From positions 1 to 28,013 of IMG/VR virus record IMGVR_UViG_3300049844_000005: a stretch of DNA of 28,013 nt; one strand, written 5' to 3'. Of this stretch, positions 8,709 through 15,989 are shown in pieces (within the stretch, counting starts at the first letter, position 1; each line of letters begins with the position of its first letter). Both the position numbers and the translations under genes were made by a program. The notes under the pieces were generated by a model. The model did no database searches and was not told the DNA's origin. It saw nothing but the letters and a program-made list of their open reading frames with translations. This stretch comes from a virus. Its lineage: Duplodnaviria; Caudoviricetes.

Positions 8709-11132
8709 ATGACTCAAGATTTCTCATTACCTAATGTATATTTTCCAGATCAATTAGCTGACGACGCTACTAAACTAAGTAAAGAGTATGGTAGAAGTGT
8801 TGGTCACTCTATTCAATCAGAATGGTTTAGAAAAACATCTAATAGTGGTTCTAGGTTTTATACCAATAGAGACCATTTTCACAAGTTAAGATTATACGCA
8901 AGAGGAGAACAGTCAGTTCAAAAATACAAGAAAGAAATGAGTGTCAATGGCGACATATCTTATCTTAATGTAGATTGGACTCCAGTTCCTATTATTCCTA
9001 AATTTGTTGACATCGTGGTAAATGGAATGTCAAACAGGCAATACGAAGTTAAAGCCGAGGCTATAGATAGTATGTCTTCAATCAAAAAAGGAGCTTACAA
9101 GTATGAACTTGAGAAAGCTATGGTTGGAAAAACTATATTAAAAGATGCTAAAGAATTGCTTGGTGTAGATATGTATCCAATACCAGAAGAAGAGATGCCT
9201 TCTAATAAGCAAGAGCTAGATCTTCATATGGAATTTTATAAAGATGAAATTGAAGTTGTAGAAGAAAAAGCAATCGATAACGTATTCAAATTAAATAATT
9301 ACGATTTAATAAAAAGAAGAATAGACGAAGATGCTACAGTTCTTGGATTGTCTGCTGCTAAACATTCTTTTGATACTCACAACGGAATTAACATTGAATA
9401 TTGCGATCCAGCAAATATGGTTTGGTCTCCAACAGAAGATCCGACATTTCAAGACTGTTATTACTTTGGAGAAGTTAAAAACGTAAACATTACAGAGCTT
9501 AAAAAATTAAATCCTAGTCTTAGTCAAGAAGATATTAAAGAGATAGCTAAGTTAGCTTCTAAATGGGATTCTTATCAAAATATACAAGGTGGTAATGTTG
9601 CTGAAGGAAACTTAAACAACAATAGCGCTACACTATTATTCTTTGCTTTTAAAACTGATATGAATATCGTTTACAAAAAGAAAAAGAATGGTAATGGTGG
9701 AGAAAAAGTTATAAAGAGAGACGATTCATTTCAAGGACCAAAAACAGAAGATGCTCAATTTGAAAAACTATCTAAAAGAATAGATGTTTGGTTTGAAGGA
9801 GTATTGGTTTTAGGTACTAATCATTTATTGAAATGGGAGGTTATGAAGAACATGGTTAGACCTAAATCTTCTATATCAAAAGTTTACCCTCCTTACGTAT
9901 TGTCTGCACCTAGAATGTATAGAGGTTCTATTGATTCGTTAGTAAAAAGAATGATTCCTTTTGCTGATCAAATTCAATTGACACACTTAAAATTACAGCA
10001 AGTTATATCTAGTTTAAAACCTGATGGTGTATACTTAGATATAGATGGATTAAACTCTATTAACTTGGGTAACGGAATGACCTATACTCCAGAAGAAGCT
10101 TTAAATTTATACTTCCAAACAGGTAGTGTAATTGGTAGAAGTATGACTGAAGATGGAGAATTCAATAATGGTAAAATACCTGTTCAAGAATTAACAGCTT
10201 CTGGTGCAAATGCTAAGATACAGTCTCTTATAGGAATGTATAATCAATACTTAGGTATGATTAGAGCTGTAACTGGGTTGAACGAAGCTAGAGATGGTAG
10301 TATGCCAGATGAAAATAGTTTAGTTGGAACACAGAAATTAGCAGCGTTAAATTCAAATACAGCTACCAGACACATTCTTCAAAGTGGTATTTTTACGACT
10401 AGAAGATTAGCTGAATGCATTTGCTATAGAATGTCTGACGTATTAGAATATTCTGATATGAAAGAAGACTTTGCTAATATGATTGGTGGAAGTTCTATGG
10501 ATACTATAGAGAAGATTAAAGATTTACATTTATACAACTTTGGTATTTACATTGATTTAATGCCTGATGAGGAAGAAACCCAAATGCTTAATCAAAATAT
10601 ACAAGCTGCATTAGCGTCTGGAAAGATTGACATCGATGATGCTATTGATATCAGAAACGTTAAAAATGTTAAGATAGCTTCTCAATTATTGAAGGTTAGA
10701 AAGAAAAAGAAAGAAGAGAAAGACTTAGATACTCAAAAACAAAATTACGAAGCTCAAGCTCAATCTCAAGCTAAACTAGCTGAATCTACTTCTCAATCTA
10801 AAATGCAATTAATACAAGCTACTTCTACATCTGATGTACAATTAGAGCAATTGAAACATCAAAATGAAATGGAGAAAATGAAAGCTGAATACCAAATGAA
10901 AGCTGAATTGATAAAGCTTCAAGAAGGTATGAAAGGTGAGATTAAACAAAGTGAGATGTCTACTCTTGAAAGAAAAGAACAAGAGCGTGAAGATAGAAAA
11001 GACAAGAGAACTAAGTTACAAGCTACACAACAATCGAAAATGATTAAACAAAGATCTAAAGACGAGGACGCTATAGACTTTGAAGAAGAAGATGATTTAA
11101 TGGGTATTGACGACTTATTTAGTGGTATGTAA
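8709..11132 (+). CDS. Portal protein
   Basis: 807 aa, lies between TerL and scaffold/MCP. Has a PIIPKFVDIVVNG segment and a long C-terminal coiled coil (barrel), as in crAss-like/P22-like portals. Confidence 0.85.
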   Translation: MTQDFSLPNVYFPDQLADDATKLSKEYGRSVGHSIQSEWFRKTSNSGSRFYTNRDHFHKLRLYARGEQSVQKYKKEMSVNGDISYLNVDWTPVPIIPKFVDIVVNGMSNRQYEVKAEAIDSMSSIKKGAYKYELEKAMVGKTILKDAKELLGVDMYPIPEEEMPSNKQELDLHMEFYKDEIEVVEEKAIDNVFKLNNYDLIKRRIDEDATVLGLSAAKHSFDTHNGINIEYCDPANMVWSPTEDPTFQDCYYFGEVKNVNITELKKLNPSLSQEDIKEIAKLASKWDSYQNIQGGNVAEGNLNNNSATLLFFAFKTDMNIVYKKKKNGNGGEKVIKRDDSFQGPKTEDAQFEKLSKRIDVWFEGVLVLGTNHLLKWEVMKNMVRPKSSISKVYPPYVLSAPRMYRGSIDSLVKRMIPFADQIQLTHLKLQQVISSLKPDGVYLDIDGLNSINLGNGMTYTPEEALNLYFQTGSVIGRSMTEDGEFNNGKIPVQELTASGANAKIQSLIGMYNQYLGMIRAVTGLNEARDGSMPDENSLVGTQKLAALNSNTATRHILQSGIFTTRRLAECICYRMSDVLEYSDMKEDFANMIGGSSMDTIEKIKDLHLYNFGIYIDLMPDEEETQMLNQNIQAALASGKIDIDDAIDIRNVKNVKIASQLLKVRKKKKEEKDLDTQKQNYEAQAQSQAKLAESTSQSKMQLIQATSTSDVQLEQLKHQNEMEKMKAEYQMKAELIKLQEGMKGEIKQSEMSTLERKEQEREDRKDKRTKLQATQQSKMIKQRSKDEDAIDFEEEDDLMGIDDLFSGM

Positions 11133-11140
11133 AATATTCA

Positions 11141-11150
11141 TAACTTTGCA
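11141..11150 (+). promoter_or_regulatory. Bacteroidota-type -7 promoter element for scaffold-capsid genes
   Basis: TAACTTTGCA in the 44-nt gap before ATG 11177. Confidence 0.75.
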
Positions 11151-11176
11151 AAAAATTTAATTTAATATTTAATATA

Positions 11177-12286
11177 ATGGAAGGATTTACTTTTAAGGTC
11201 TTAGATGACGATGGTGAAGTACAAAATCAAGTAGAAGATACGCAAGTTGATGATACTATTGTAATTGATGATACGCAAGTTGACGATACACAGGTTGATG
11301 ATACTATTGATGACGATTCAAGCGTAGACGATACACAGAATGACGACACACAAGTTGACGATACTCAATCACAAGATATTGATGATGCTAGAGTATTAAG
11401 TTATTTAAAAGAAAGATATCAAAAAGAGTATGACTCTTTAGATGAAGTTCTTACACAAAAAGAAAAAGCTGAATTACCAGACGACATTAAAAAACTTATG
11501 GAGTTTGGAGTTGATAATTATCTTAAGATAAATAGAGACTGGAATTCAGAGAGTGATGCTACTATTCTTAAGGAATATTATAAGCAAACAAAACCTCATC
11601 TTGATGATGAAGATATCGCATATTTATTAGAAGAAGAATATTCTTATGATGAAGAAATTGATGATGATAGAGATATCAAAAAGAAAAAAGTTTTGTTAAA
11701 AGAAGAATTGTTTAGAGCTAAAAGTTACTTGAACGATTTAAAGGAACAATACAAGGTTGAACTAGGGTCTAGTAAAACTGAAGTTTCTGAAGATTATGAA
11801 AAGGCTTTTAATTTCTATCAAGAATATACTGAGACTTCAAAAAAAGAAGCTGAGATTGCTCAAAAAAAAGCAGATGTGTTTTTAGATAAGACCAATCGAT
11901 TATTTAATAGTGAGTTCAAAGGTTTTGAATTTAATCTAGGAGATAAAAAACAGGTTTTTAAACCTAGCGATGTGCTAGAAACTAAAACAACACAATCTGA
12001 TATTAGTAAAGTTATTTCTAATCATCTAGACGAAAATGGATATTTGAAAGACGAACACCAATATCACAAGGCTTTAGCAATGTTTAGAGACCCAGATGGT
12101 TTTGCTAAGTTCTTTTATGAACAAGGAAAAGCAGATGCTACTGATAATGTTATCAAAGACGCCAAGAATATTGAGATGTCTGTAAGAGATAACAAACAAG
12201 TAACTCCAAAAGGAGATGGTCCTAAAATGAGAGTTGTTTCTGGCGATGATTTTGAAGGTGGTATGAAAATTAGAAAAAGAAAATAA
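11177..12286 (+). CDS. Putative capsid scaffolding protein
   Basis: Very acidic N-terminus, helical core and basic C-terminal tip (KIRKRK); lies between portal and MCP. Confidence 0.7.
   Translation: MEGFTFKVLDDDGEVQNQVEDTQVDDTIVIDDTQVDDTQVDDTIDDDSSVDDTQNDDTQVDDTQSQDIDDARVLSYLKERYQKEYDSLDEVLTQKEKAELPDDIKKLMEFGVDNYLKINRDWNSESDATILKEYYKQTKPHLDDEDIAYLLEEEYSYDEEIDDDRDIKKKKVLLKEELFRAKSYLNDLKEQYKVELGSSKTEVSEDYEKAFNFYQEYTETSKKEAEIAQKKADVFLDKTNRLFNSEFKGFEFNLGDKKQVFKPSDVLETKTTQSDISKVISNHLDENGYLKDEHQYHKALAMFRDPDGFAKFFYEQGKADATDNVIKDAKNIEMSVRDNKQVTPKGDGPKMRVVSGDDFEGGMKIRKRK
11231..11368 (+). repeat. Degenerate 15-nt tandem repeat encoding DDTQV
   Basis: VEDTQVDDTIVIDDTQVDDTQVDDTIDDDSSVDDTQNDDTQVDDTQ. 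Confidence 0.85.
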
Positions 12287-12308
12287 TAATTAAACACAAA
12301 CACAAAAC

Positions 12309-13676
12309 ATGGCTCAAGCTGTAAATTTTTCAACTAACGCTATCACTGGTGGAGCTCAATTAACTCCAGCTCCAGTTAAAGCAACATTATCTACTAACTA
12401 TGTAGGTACATTTGACTTTTTGTCACATGAATTACCAGACCTTTACGAAAAAGAATTCGAAAGATTTGGTAACCGTTCTGTCGCATCTTTCTTACGTTTA
12501 GTAGGTGCTGAAATACCTTCTACTTCTGATTTGATCAAATGGAGTGAGCAAGGTCGTCTTCACGTATTTGGAACTGCTACTAAAGCAACTGCATCTACAA
12601 TTACTTTCTCTGCGGCTCACAACGTACGTTTGAACCAAACTGTAGTTATTAATGATACTTCTAACGGAGTTACTATTAAAGCTTTAGTTACTGGTATCGA
12701 TGTAGATGGTGTAACTGTAACTGTTGCTCCTTATAGCGCTGCTAACTTAGCTGCTTTGAGTACTACTTCAGGAGCTTTGAAAGTATTCGTTTATGGTTCT
12801 GAGTTCAAAAAAGGAACTAACGGTATGTCTGGTTCTTTGGAAGCTAAATCTGACATCTTAGAAACTAACCCAATTATCATCAAAGATAAGTACGAGGTTA
12901 ATGGTTCTGATATGGCTCAAGTTGGTTGGATTGAAGTTACAACTGAAAATGGTGCTTCAGGATACTTATGGTATTTGAAATCTGAGCACGAAACTCGTTT
13001 ACGTTTCGAAGATTACTTAGAAATGTCTATGGTTGAAGGTGAGCCTGCTGCTGTAGGTTCTGCTGTAGCTGCTGCTGGTTACAAAGGTACTAAAGGTTTG
13101 TTCTACGAAATCGCTAATAGAGGTAACGTTGGAACAGGTGCTATCACTGAAAGAGCTGACTTAGAAAACATCATCAAGGTGTTAGATAAAGAAGGTGCTA
13201 TTCAAGAGAATGTATTATTCGTTAACAGAAAAACATCTTTCGAGATTGACACTGTATTAGCTGCTCAAAACAACTTCGGTTCAAGTGGAGCTTCTTACGG
13301 TTTGTTTGACAACGAACAAGACATGGCATTGAATCTTGGTTTTAAAGGATTTAACTTAGGTTATGATTTCTACAAAACTGACTGGAAATACCTTAACGAT
13401 GCTACAACTAGAGGTTCTATCTCTGACATCGATGGTGTATTGGTTCCTGCTGGAACATTGACAGTTTACGACCAAGTTCTTGGTAAAAACGCTAAACGTC
13501 CGTTCTTACACACACGTTACAGAAAATCTGAAACAGAAGATAGAAAATACAAATCATGGATCGTTGGATCTGCTGGTGGTGCTTCTAACTCTGAATTAGA
13601 TGCGATGCAAGTTAACTTCTTATCTGAAAGAGCTTTGGTTGTTTTAGGTGCTAACAACTTCATGTTGTTGAAATAG
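12309..13676 (+). CDS. Major capsid protein
   Basis: 455 aa after the scaffold. Marked high-expression codon bias (TTC, AAC, TAC, ATC, CGT). Followed by a strong terminator. Confidence 0.88.
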   Translation: MAQAVNFSTNAITGGAQLTPAPVKATLSTNYVGTFDFLSHELPDLYEKEFERFGNRSVASFLRLVGAEIPSTSDLIKWSEQGRLHVFGTATKATASTITFSAAHNVRLNQTVVINDTSNGVTIKALVTGIDVDGVTVTVAPYSAANLAALSTTSGALKVFVYGSEFKKGTNGMSGSLEAKSDILETNPIIIKDKYEVNGSDMAQVGWIEVTTENGASGYLWYLKSEHETRLRFEDYLEMSMVEGEPAAVGSAVAAAGYKGTKGLFYEIANRGNVGTGAITERADLENIIKVLDKEGAIQENVLFVNRKTSFEIDTVLAAQNNFGSSGASYGLFDNEQDMALNLGFKGFNLGYDFYKTDWKYLNDATTRGSISDIDGVLVPAGTLTVYDQVLGKNAKRPFLHTRYRKSETEDRKYKSWIVGSAGGASNSELDAMQVNFLSERALVVLGANNFMLLK

Positions 13677-13705
13677 TAGTTAATAAGTTTCTTATTAATA
13701 TCATT

Positions 13706-13732
13706 AAAGGTAGACTTCGGTTTACCTTTTTT
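13706..13732 (+). terminator. Intrinsic terminator of the capsid gene
   Basis: AAAGGTAGAC-TTCG-GTTTACCTTT plus T tract; C(UUCG)G tetraloop. Confidence 0.9.
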
Positions 13733-13736
13733 GTTT

Positions 13737-13746
13737 TATATTTGCA
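13737..13746 (+). promoter_or_regulatory. Bacteroidota-type -7 promoter element
   Basis: TATATTTGCA directly after the capsid terminator. Confidence 0.65.
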
Positions 13747-13749
13747 TGT

Positions 13750-13818
13750 ACAAATTTTGATTTTTTCTCTCATTTTTTTTAAACCACTAATTAGTTAATT
13801 CTTTTAGTGGTTTTTTTT
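13750..13818 (+). ncRNA. Candidate ~70-nt small RNA
   Basis: Bounded by a promoter element and the hairpin AAACCACTAA-N13-TTAGTGGTTT with a T8 run; contains no ORF. Confidence 0.4.
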
Positions 13819-13837
13819 GTTATATAAAAATAAGTTG

Positions 13838-13847
13838 TATATTTGCA
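13838..13847 (+). promoter_or_regulatory. Promoter of the leader-tRNA operon
   Basis: TATATTTGCA, with TTG (13817-13819) 18 nt upstream as a possible -33 element; the expected start site falls at about ATG 13850. Confidence 0.75.
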
Positions 13848-13849
13848 CA

Positions 13850-13921
13850 ATGAAAAATACAAAAAACAATAGTCTACGTCACCCGCAACAAGATAATCTC
13901 TTGGGTGGAATTGGTGTGTAG
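13850..13921 (+). CDS. Attenuator leader peptide MKNTKNNSLRHPQQDNLLGGIGV (23 aa, not in ORF track)
   Basis: Codons 9-14 (13874-13891) are CTA CGT CAC CCG CAA CAA, cognate to all five downstream tRNAs. Confidence 0.8.
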   Translation: MKNTKNNSLRHPQQDNLLGGIGV

Positions 13922-13974
13922 TATTGTTATAAAAATATATTTGAACCAAAGCCATCCATATCGGGTGGCTTTTT
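13879..13974 (+). promoter_or_regulatory. Ribosome-dependent transcription attenuator
   Basis: 1:2 = TCACC/CAAGA (13879-83, 13889-93) with TCTTG-GGTGG (13899-908). 2:3 = TGGGTGG-aa-TTGGT (13902-15) with ACCAA-ag-CCATCCA (13945-58). 3:4 = terminator. Confidence 0.75.
13948..13974 (+). terminator. Intrinsic terminator immediately upstream of the tRNA array
   Basis: AAAGCCATCC-atatc-GGGTGGCTTT-TT, ending 4 nt before tRNA-Pro. Confidence 0.85.
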
Positions 13975-13978
13975 ATTT

Positions 13979-14051
13979 CGCGTAGTGACAAAATTGGTTA
14001 CGTGCCCGCCTTGGAAGCGGGAGACTGTAGGTTCGAGTCCTGCCTATGCGA
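13979..14051 (+). tRNA. tRNA-Pro(TGG)
   Basis: Acceptor CGCGTAG/CTATGCG, anticodon arm CCCGC-CTTGGAA-GCGGG, T arm GTAGG-TTCGAGT-CCTGC, A73; weak D stem; CCA not encoded. Confidence 0.9.
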
Positions 14052-14056
14052 CAAAA

Positions 14057-14128
14057 TACAGTATGATGCAATGGTTAGCATACGAGATTTTGACTCTCGC
14101 TATCTAGGTTCGAGTCCTGGTACTGTAA
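14057..14128 (+). tRNA. tRNA-Gln(TTG)
   Basis: Acceptor TACAGTA/TACTGTA, D stem ATGC/GCAT, anticodon arm CGAGA-TTTTGAC-TCTCG, T arm CTAGG-TTCGAGT-CCTGG. Confidence 0.92.
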
Positions 14129-14133
14129 CAAAT

Positions 14134-14207
14134 GGTGTTATTGCGCTTAACGGCAAGGCGGTTGGACTGTGAATCCAATTATATGAGTTCGAATCTCATA
14201 TAACACC
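14134..14207 (+). tRNA. tRNA-His(GTG)
   Basis: 8-bp acceptor GGTGTTAT/ATAACACC including G-1:C73, anticodon arm TTGGA-CTGTGAA-TCCAA, T arm ATGAG-TTCGAAT-CTCAT. Confidence 0.92.
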
Positions 14208-14210
14208 CAA

Positions 14211-14285
14211 TTTAGTATAGTTCAATGGATAGAACAACAAGCTACGAACTTGTAAATGGGAGTTCGAGTCTCTCTACTAAAACCA
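14211..14285 (+). tRNA. tRNA-Arg(ACG)
   Basis: Acceptor TTTAGTA/TACTAAA, D stem GTTC/GAAC, anticodon arm ACAAG-CTACGAA-CTTGT, encoded CCA. Confidence 0.92.
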
Positions 14286-14287
14286 AT

Positions 14288-14369
14288 ACCGAAATGACGT
14301 AAAAACGAATTGGCAGAGTATCCAGTCTTAGAAACTGGGGTTTTATGGGTTCGAGTCCCATTTTCGGTA
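14288..14369 (+). tRNA. tRNA-Leu(TAG), atypical (short variable region, enlarged D region)
   Basis: Acceptor ACCGAAA/TTTCGGT, anticodon arm CCAGT-CTTAGAA-ACTGG, T arm ATGGG-TTCGAGT-CCCAT, A73. Confidence 0.8.
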
Positions 14370-14386
14370 CAAATAAAATAAATTCG

Positions 14387-14396
14387 TACTTTTGCA
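14387..14396 (+). promoter_or_regulatory. Bacteroidota-type -7 promoter element
   Basis: TACTTTTGCA between tRNA-Leu and ATG 14421. Confidence 0.75.
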
Positions 14397-14420
14397 CTTT
14401 AATTTTAATATAATTTAATT

Positions 14421-15197
14421 ATGGCAAGACCAGTTACAAAGAAGGAGCTTCCTTCTAAGAAAGAATTCGAATTTAAAGATAGAGTATATCTGTTAAAAGG
14501 GAATTCAACACCAATCTCTTATACGCTTCGTTCAAAGCATTCACCAAACAAACCATTATTGTATTTTGACCAAGAGTTCAAAGTAAACCGTGCATTAAGA
14601 TGGAGTGACAATCAAACATCTCCTTTTATTGACGAACAAGATGGATACGCTGTAGCAACACCAATCATTTTTGAAAATGGTTCTTTGTATGTTAAGAAAG
14701 AACAAGTTGAGTTACAAAAATTCTTATCTATCTATCACCCAGACAACAACAATGCTTATTACGAGTTTGATGCTGAGGAAAAAGCAGCTGAAGAGTATGA
14801 TGAGTTAACCGCTAAGTTAGATGCTCAAAATACTGTAAGAGAAATGCCTATTGAGGACTTAGAAGCTATTGCTAGAGTACTATTGAAAGGTAAGGTAGAA
14901 TTAATGACTTCTTCTGAATTAAGAAGAGATATGTTGATTTTTGCAAGTAAGAATCCACAAGAGTTCACATCTTTAGTTAATGATGATTCTATTAAGTTTA
15001 GAAACATTGCTATTAGAGCGGTTCAAATGGATATCATAAATGTAAGTTCTGATGGAAGAACTGTTAATTGGAGTGGTAAAGATGGTGGTAGAATAATCAC
15101 TGTTCCATTTGGTGAGAATGCTTATTCTGCATTAGCCGCATTCTTTTTGACAGATGAAGGAATGGATGTTTTATCTGATATTTCAAACAAATTGTAA
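14421..15197 (+). CDS. Hypothetical protein of the virion module
   Basis: 258-aa ORF with its own promoter element and terminator; no motif recognised. Confidence 0.75.
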   Translation: MARPVTKKELPSKKEFEFKDRVYLLKGNSTPISYTLRSKHSPNKPLLYFDQEFKVNRALRWSDNQTSPFIDEQDGYAVATPIIFENGSLYVKKEQVELQKFLSIYHPDNNNAYYEFDAEEKAAEEYDELTAKLDAQNTVREMPIEDLEAIARVLLKGKVELMTSSELRRDMLIFASKNPQEFTSLVNDDSIKFRNIAIRAVQMDIINVSSDGRTVNWSGKDGGRIITVPFGENAYSALAAFFLTDEGMDVLSDISNKL

Positions 15198-15233
15198 AGC
15201 ATAACGCACCCATATAGTTGTTTGACTATATGC

Positions 15234-15265
15234 AAAGCACTCTCGGAAGGGGGTGCTTTTTTTTT
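15234..15265 (+). terminator. Intrinsic terminator
   Basis: AAAGCACTCTC-GGAA-GGGGGTGCTTT plus T run; GNRA loop. Confidence 0.85.
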
Positions 15266-15267
15266 AT

Positions 15268-15277
15268 TAACTTTGCA
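15268..15277 (+). promoter_or_regulatory. Bacteroidota-type -7 promoter element for tail genes
   Basis: TAACTTTGCA upstream of ATG 15292. Confidence 0.75.
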
Positions 15278-15291
15278 CAAAATAAGATATT

Positions 15292-15975
15292 ATGATGATT
15301 AACGATGTAAGAAACATGGTTGACTTTATACTCAATAAAGAAAGCCGTGGATACATAACACCTTTGCAGTTTAATACTTTTGCTAAACAAGCACAACAAG
15401 AAGTTGTTGATGAATTTTTTTACGACTATAATAAAAGCATCGTTAGCAAAAACCAAAGAACTGCTTATAAAGAACTTGTAAAAAAAGCTAAAGAGGGAAT
15501 GGATATTTTTGCAGTTGCTCCTACTACTTTAACTTATGATAGTGGTAGTGGTTTATTTGTTCCGCCATCTGATTTTTACACTAGTATCAGTTTAATATAT
15601 AACGGAAAAGAAGTTGAGGAAGTTCCTAGAGACAAGTTAAGTTACTTTTTGACAAATACAGTTGTTGGACCTAGTGTATTCTATCCTTCTTACATAAAGT
15701 ATAACGATAGGTATAAGGTTTACCCAGAGACGATAAATTCTGATGTAAAGTTAATATACTTTAGAAATCCTAAAGATCCTAACTGGACATACGAAATGAT
15801 TGGAGGTAATGCTATTTTCAATCAATCTAAATCTGGTTTTCAAGACTTTGAAGTTGGATTTGAAGATAAGTTTAAATTAATAACCAAGATACTTAAGTAT
15901 GCTGGTTTAAACATAAGAGAATCCGATGTTGTTGGTGCTGCTATAGCATTTGAAAACAGAGATGACGCAAAATAA
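15292..15975 (+). CDS. Putative head-tail adaptor/tail ring protein
   Basis: 227 aa; N-terminal helices (ILNKE.RGYITP.QFN.FAKQAQ), beta core, Y.R.P motif and C-terminal helix; position before the muzzle-like gene. Confidence 0.6.
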   Translation: MMINDVRNMVDFILNKESRGYITPLQFNTFAKQAQQEVVDEFFYDYNKSIVSKNQRTAYKELVKKAKEGMDIFAVAPTTLTYDSGSGLFVPPSDFYTSISLIYNGKEVEEVPRDKLSYFLTNTVVGPSVFYPSYIKYNDRYKVYPETINSDVKLIYFRNPKDPNWTYEMIGGNAIFNQSKSGFQDFEVGFEDKFKLITKILKYAGLNIRESDVVGAAIAFENRDDAK

Positions 15976-15989
15976 AAGTTAAATAAGAT

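Noticed and set aside
13936-13943. TATATTTG inside the leader as a separate tRNA promoter
   Set aside because: It lacks the CA extension shared by the seven other elements and would initiate at the terminator stem; it cannot be fully excluded without start-site mapping.
13791-13991. 66-aa minus-strand ORF
   Set aside because: Antisense to the promoter, leader, attenuator and tRNA-Pro; no protein-like features.
14327-14333. TAG in the last tRNA loop as an amber suppressor, implying stop-codon recoding as in some crAss-like phages
   Set aside because: Anticodon TAG reads CUA (Leu); a suppressor would need CTA. Genes are intact under the standard code and TAG ends the capsid gene.
13979-14369. 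Recurring GTTCGAGTC as a CRISPR-like repeat
   Set aside because: These are tRNA T-loops within complete cloverleaves.
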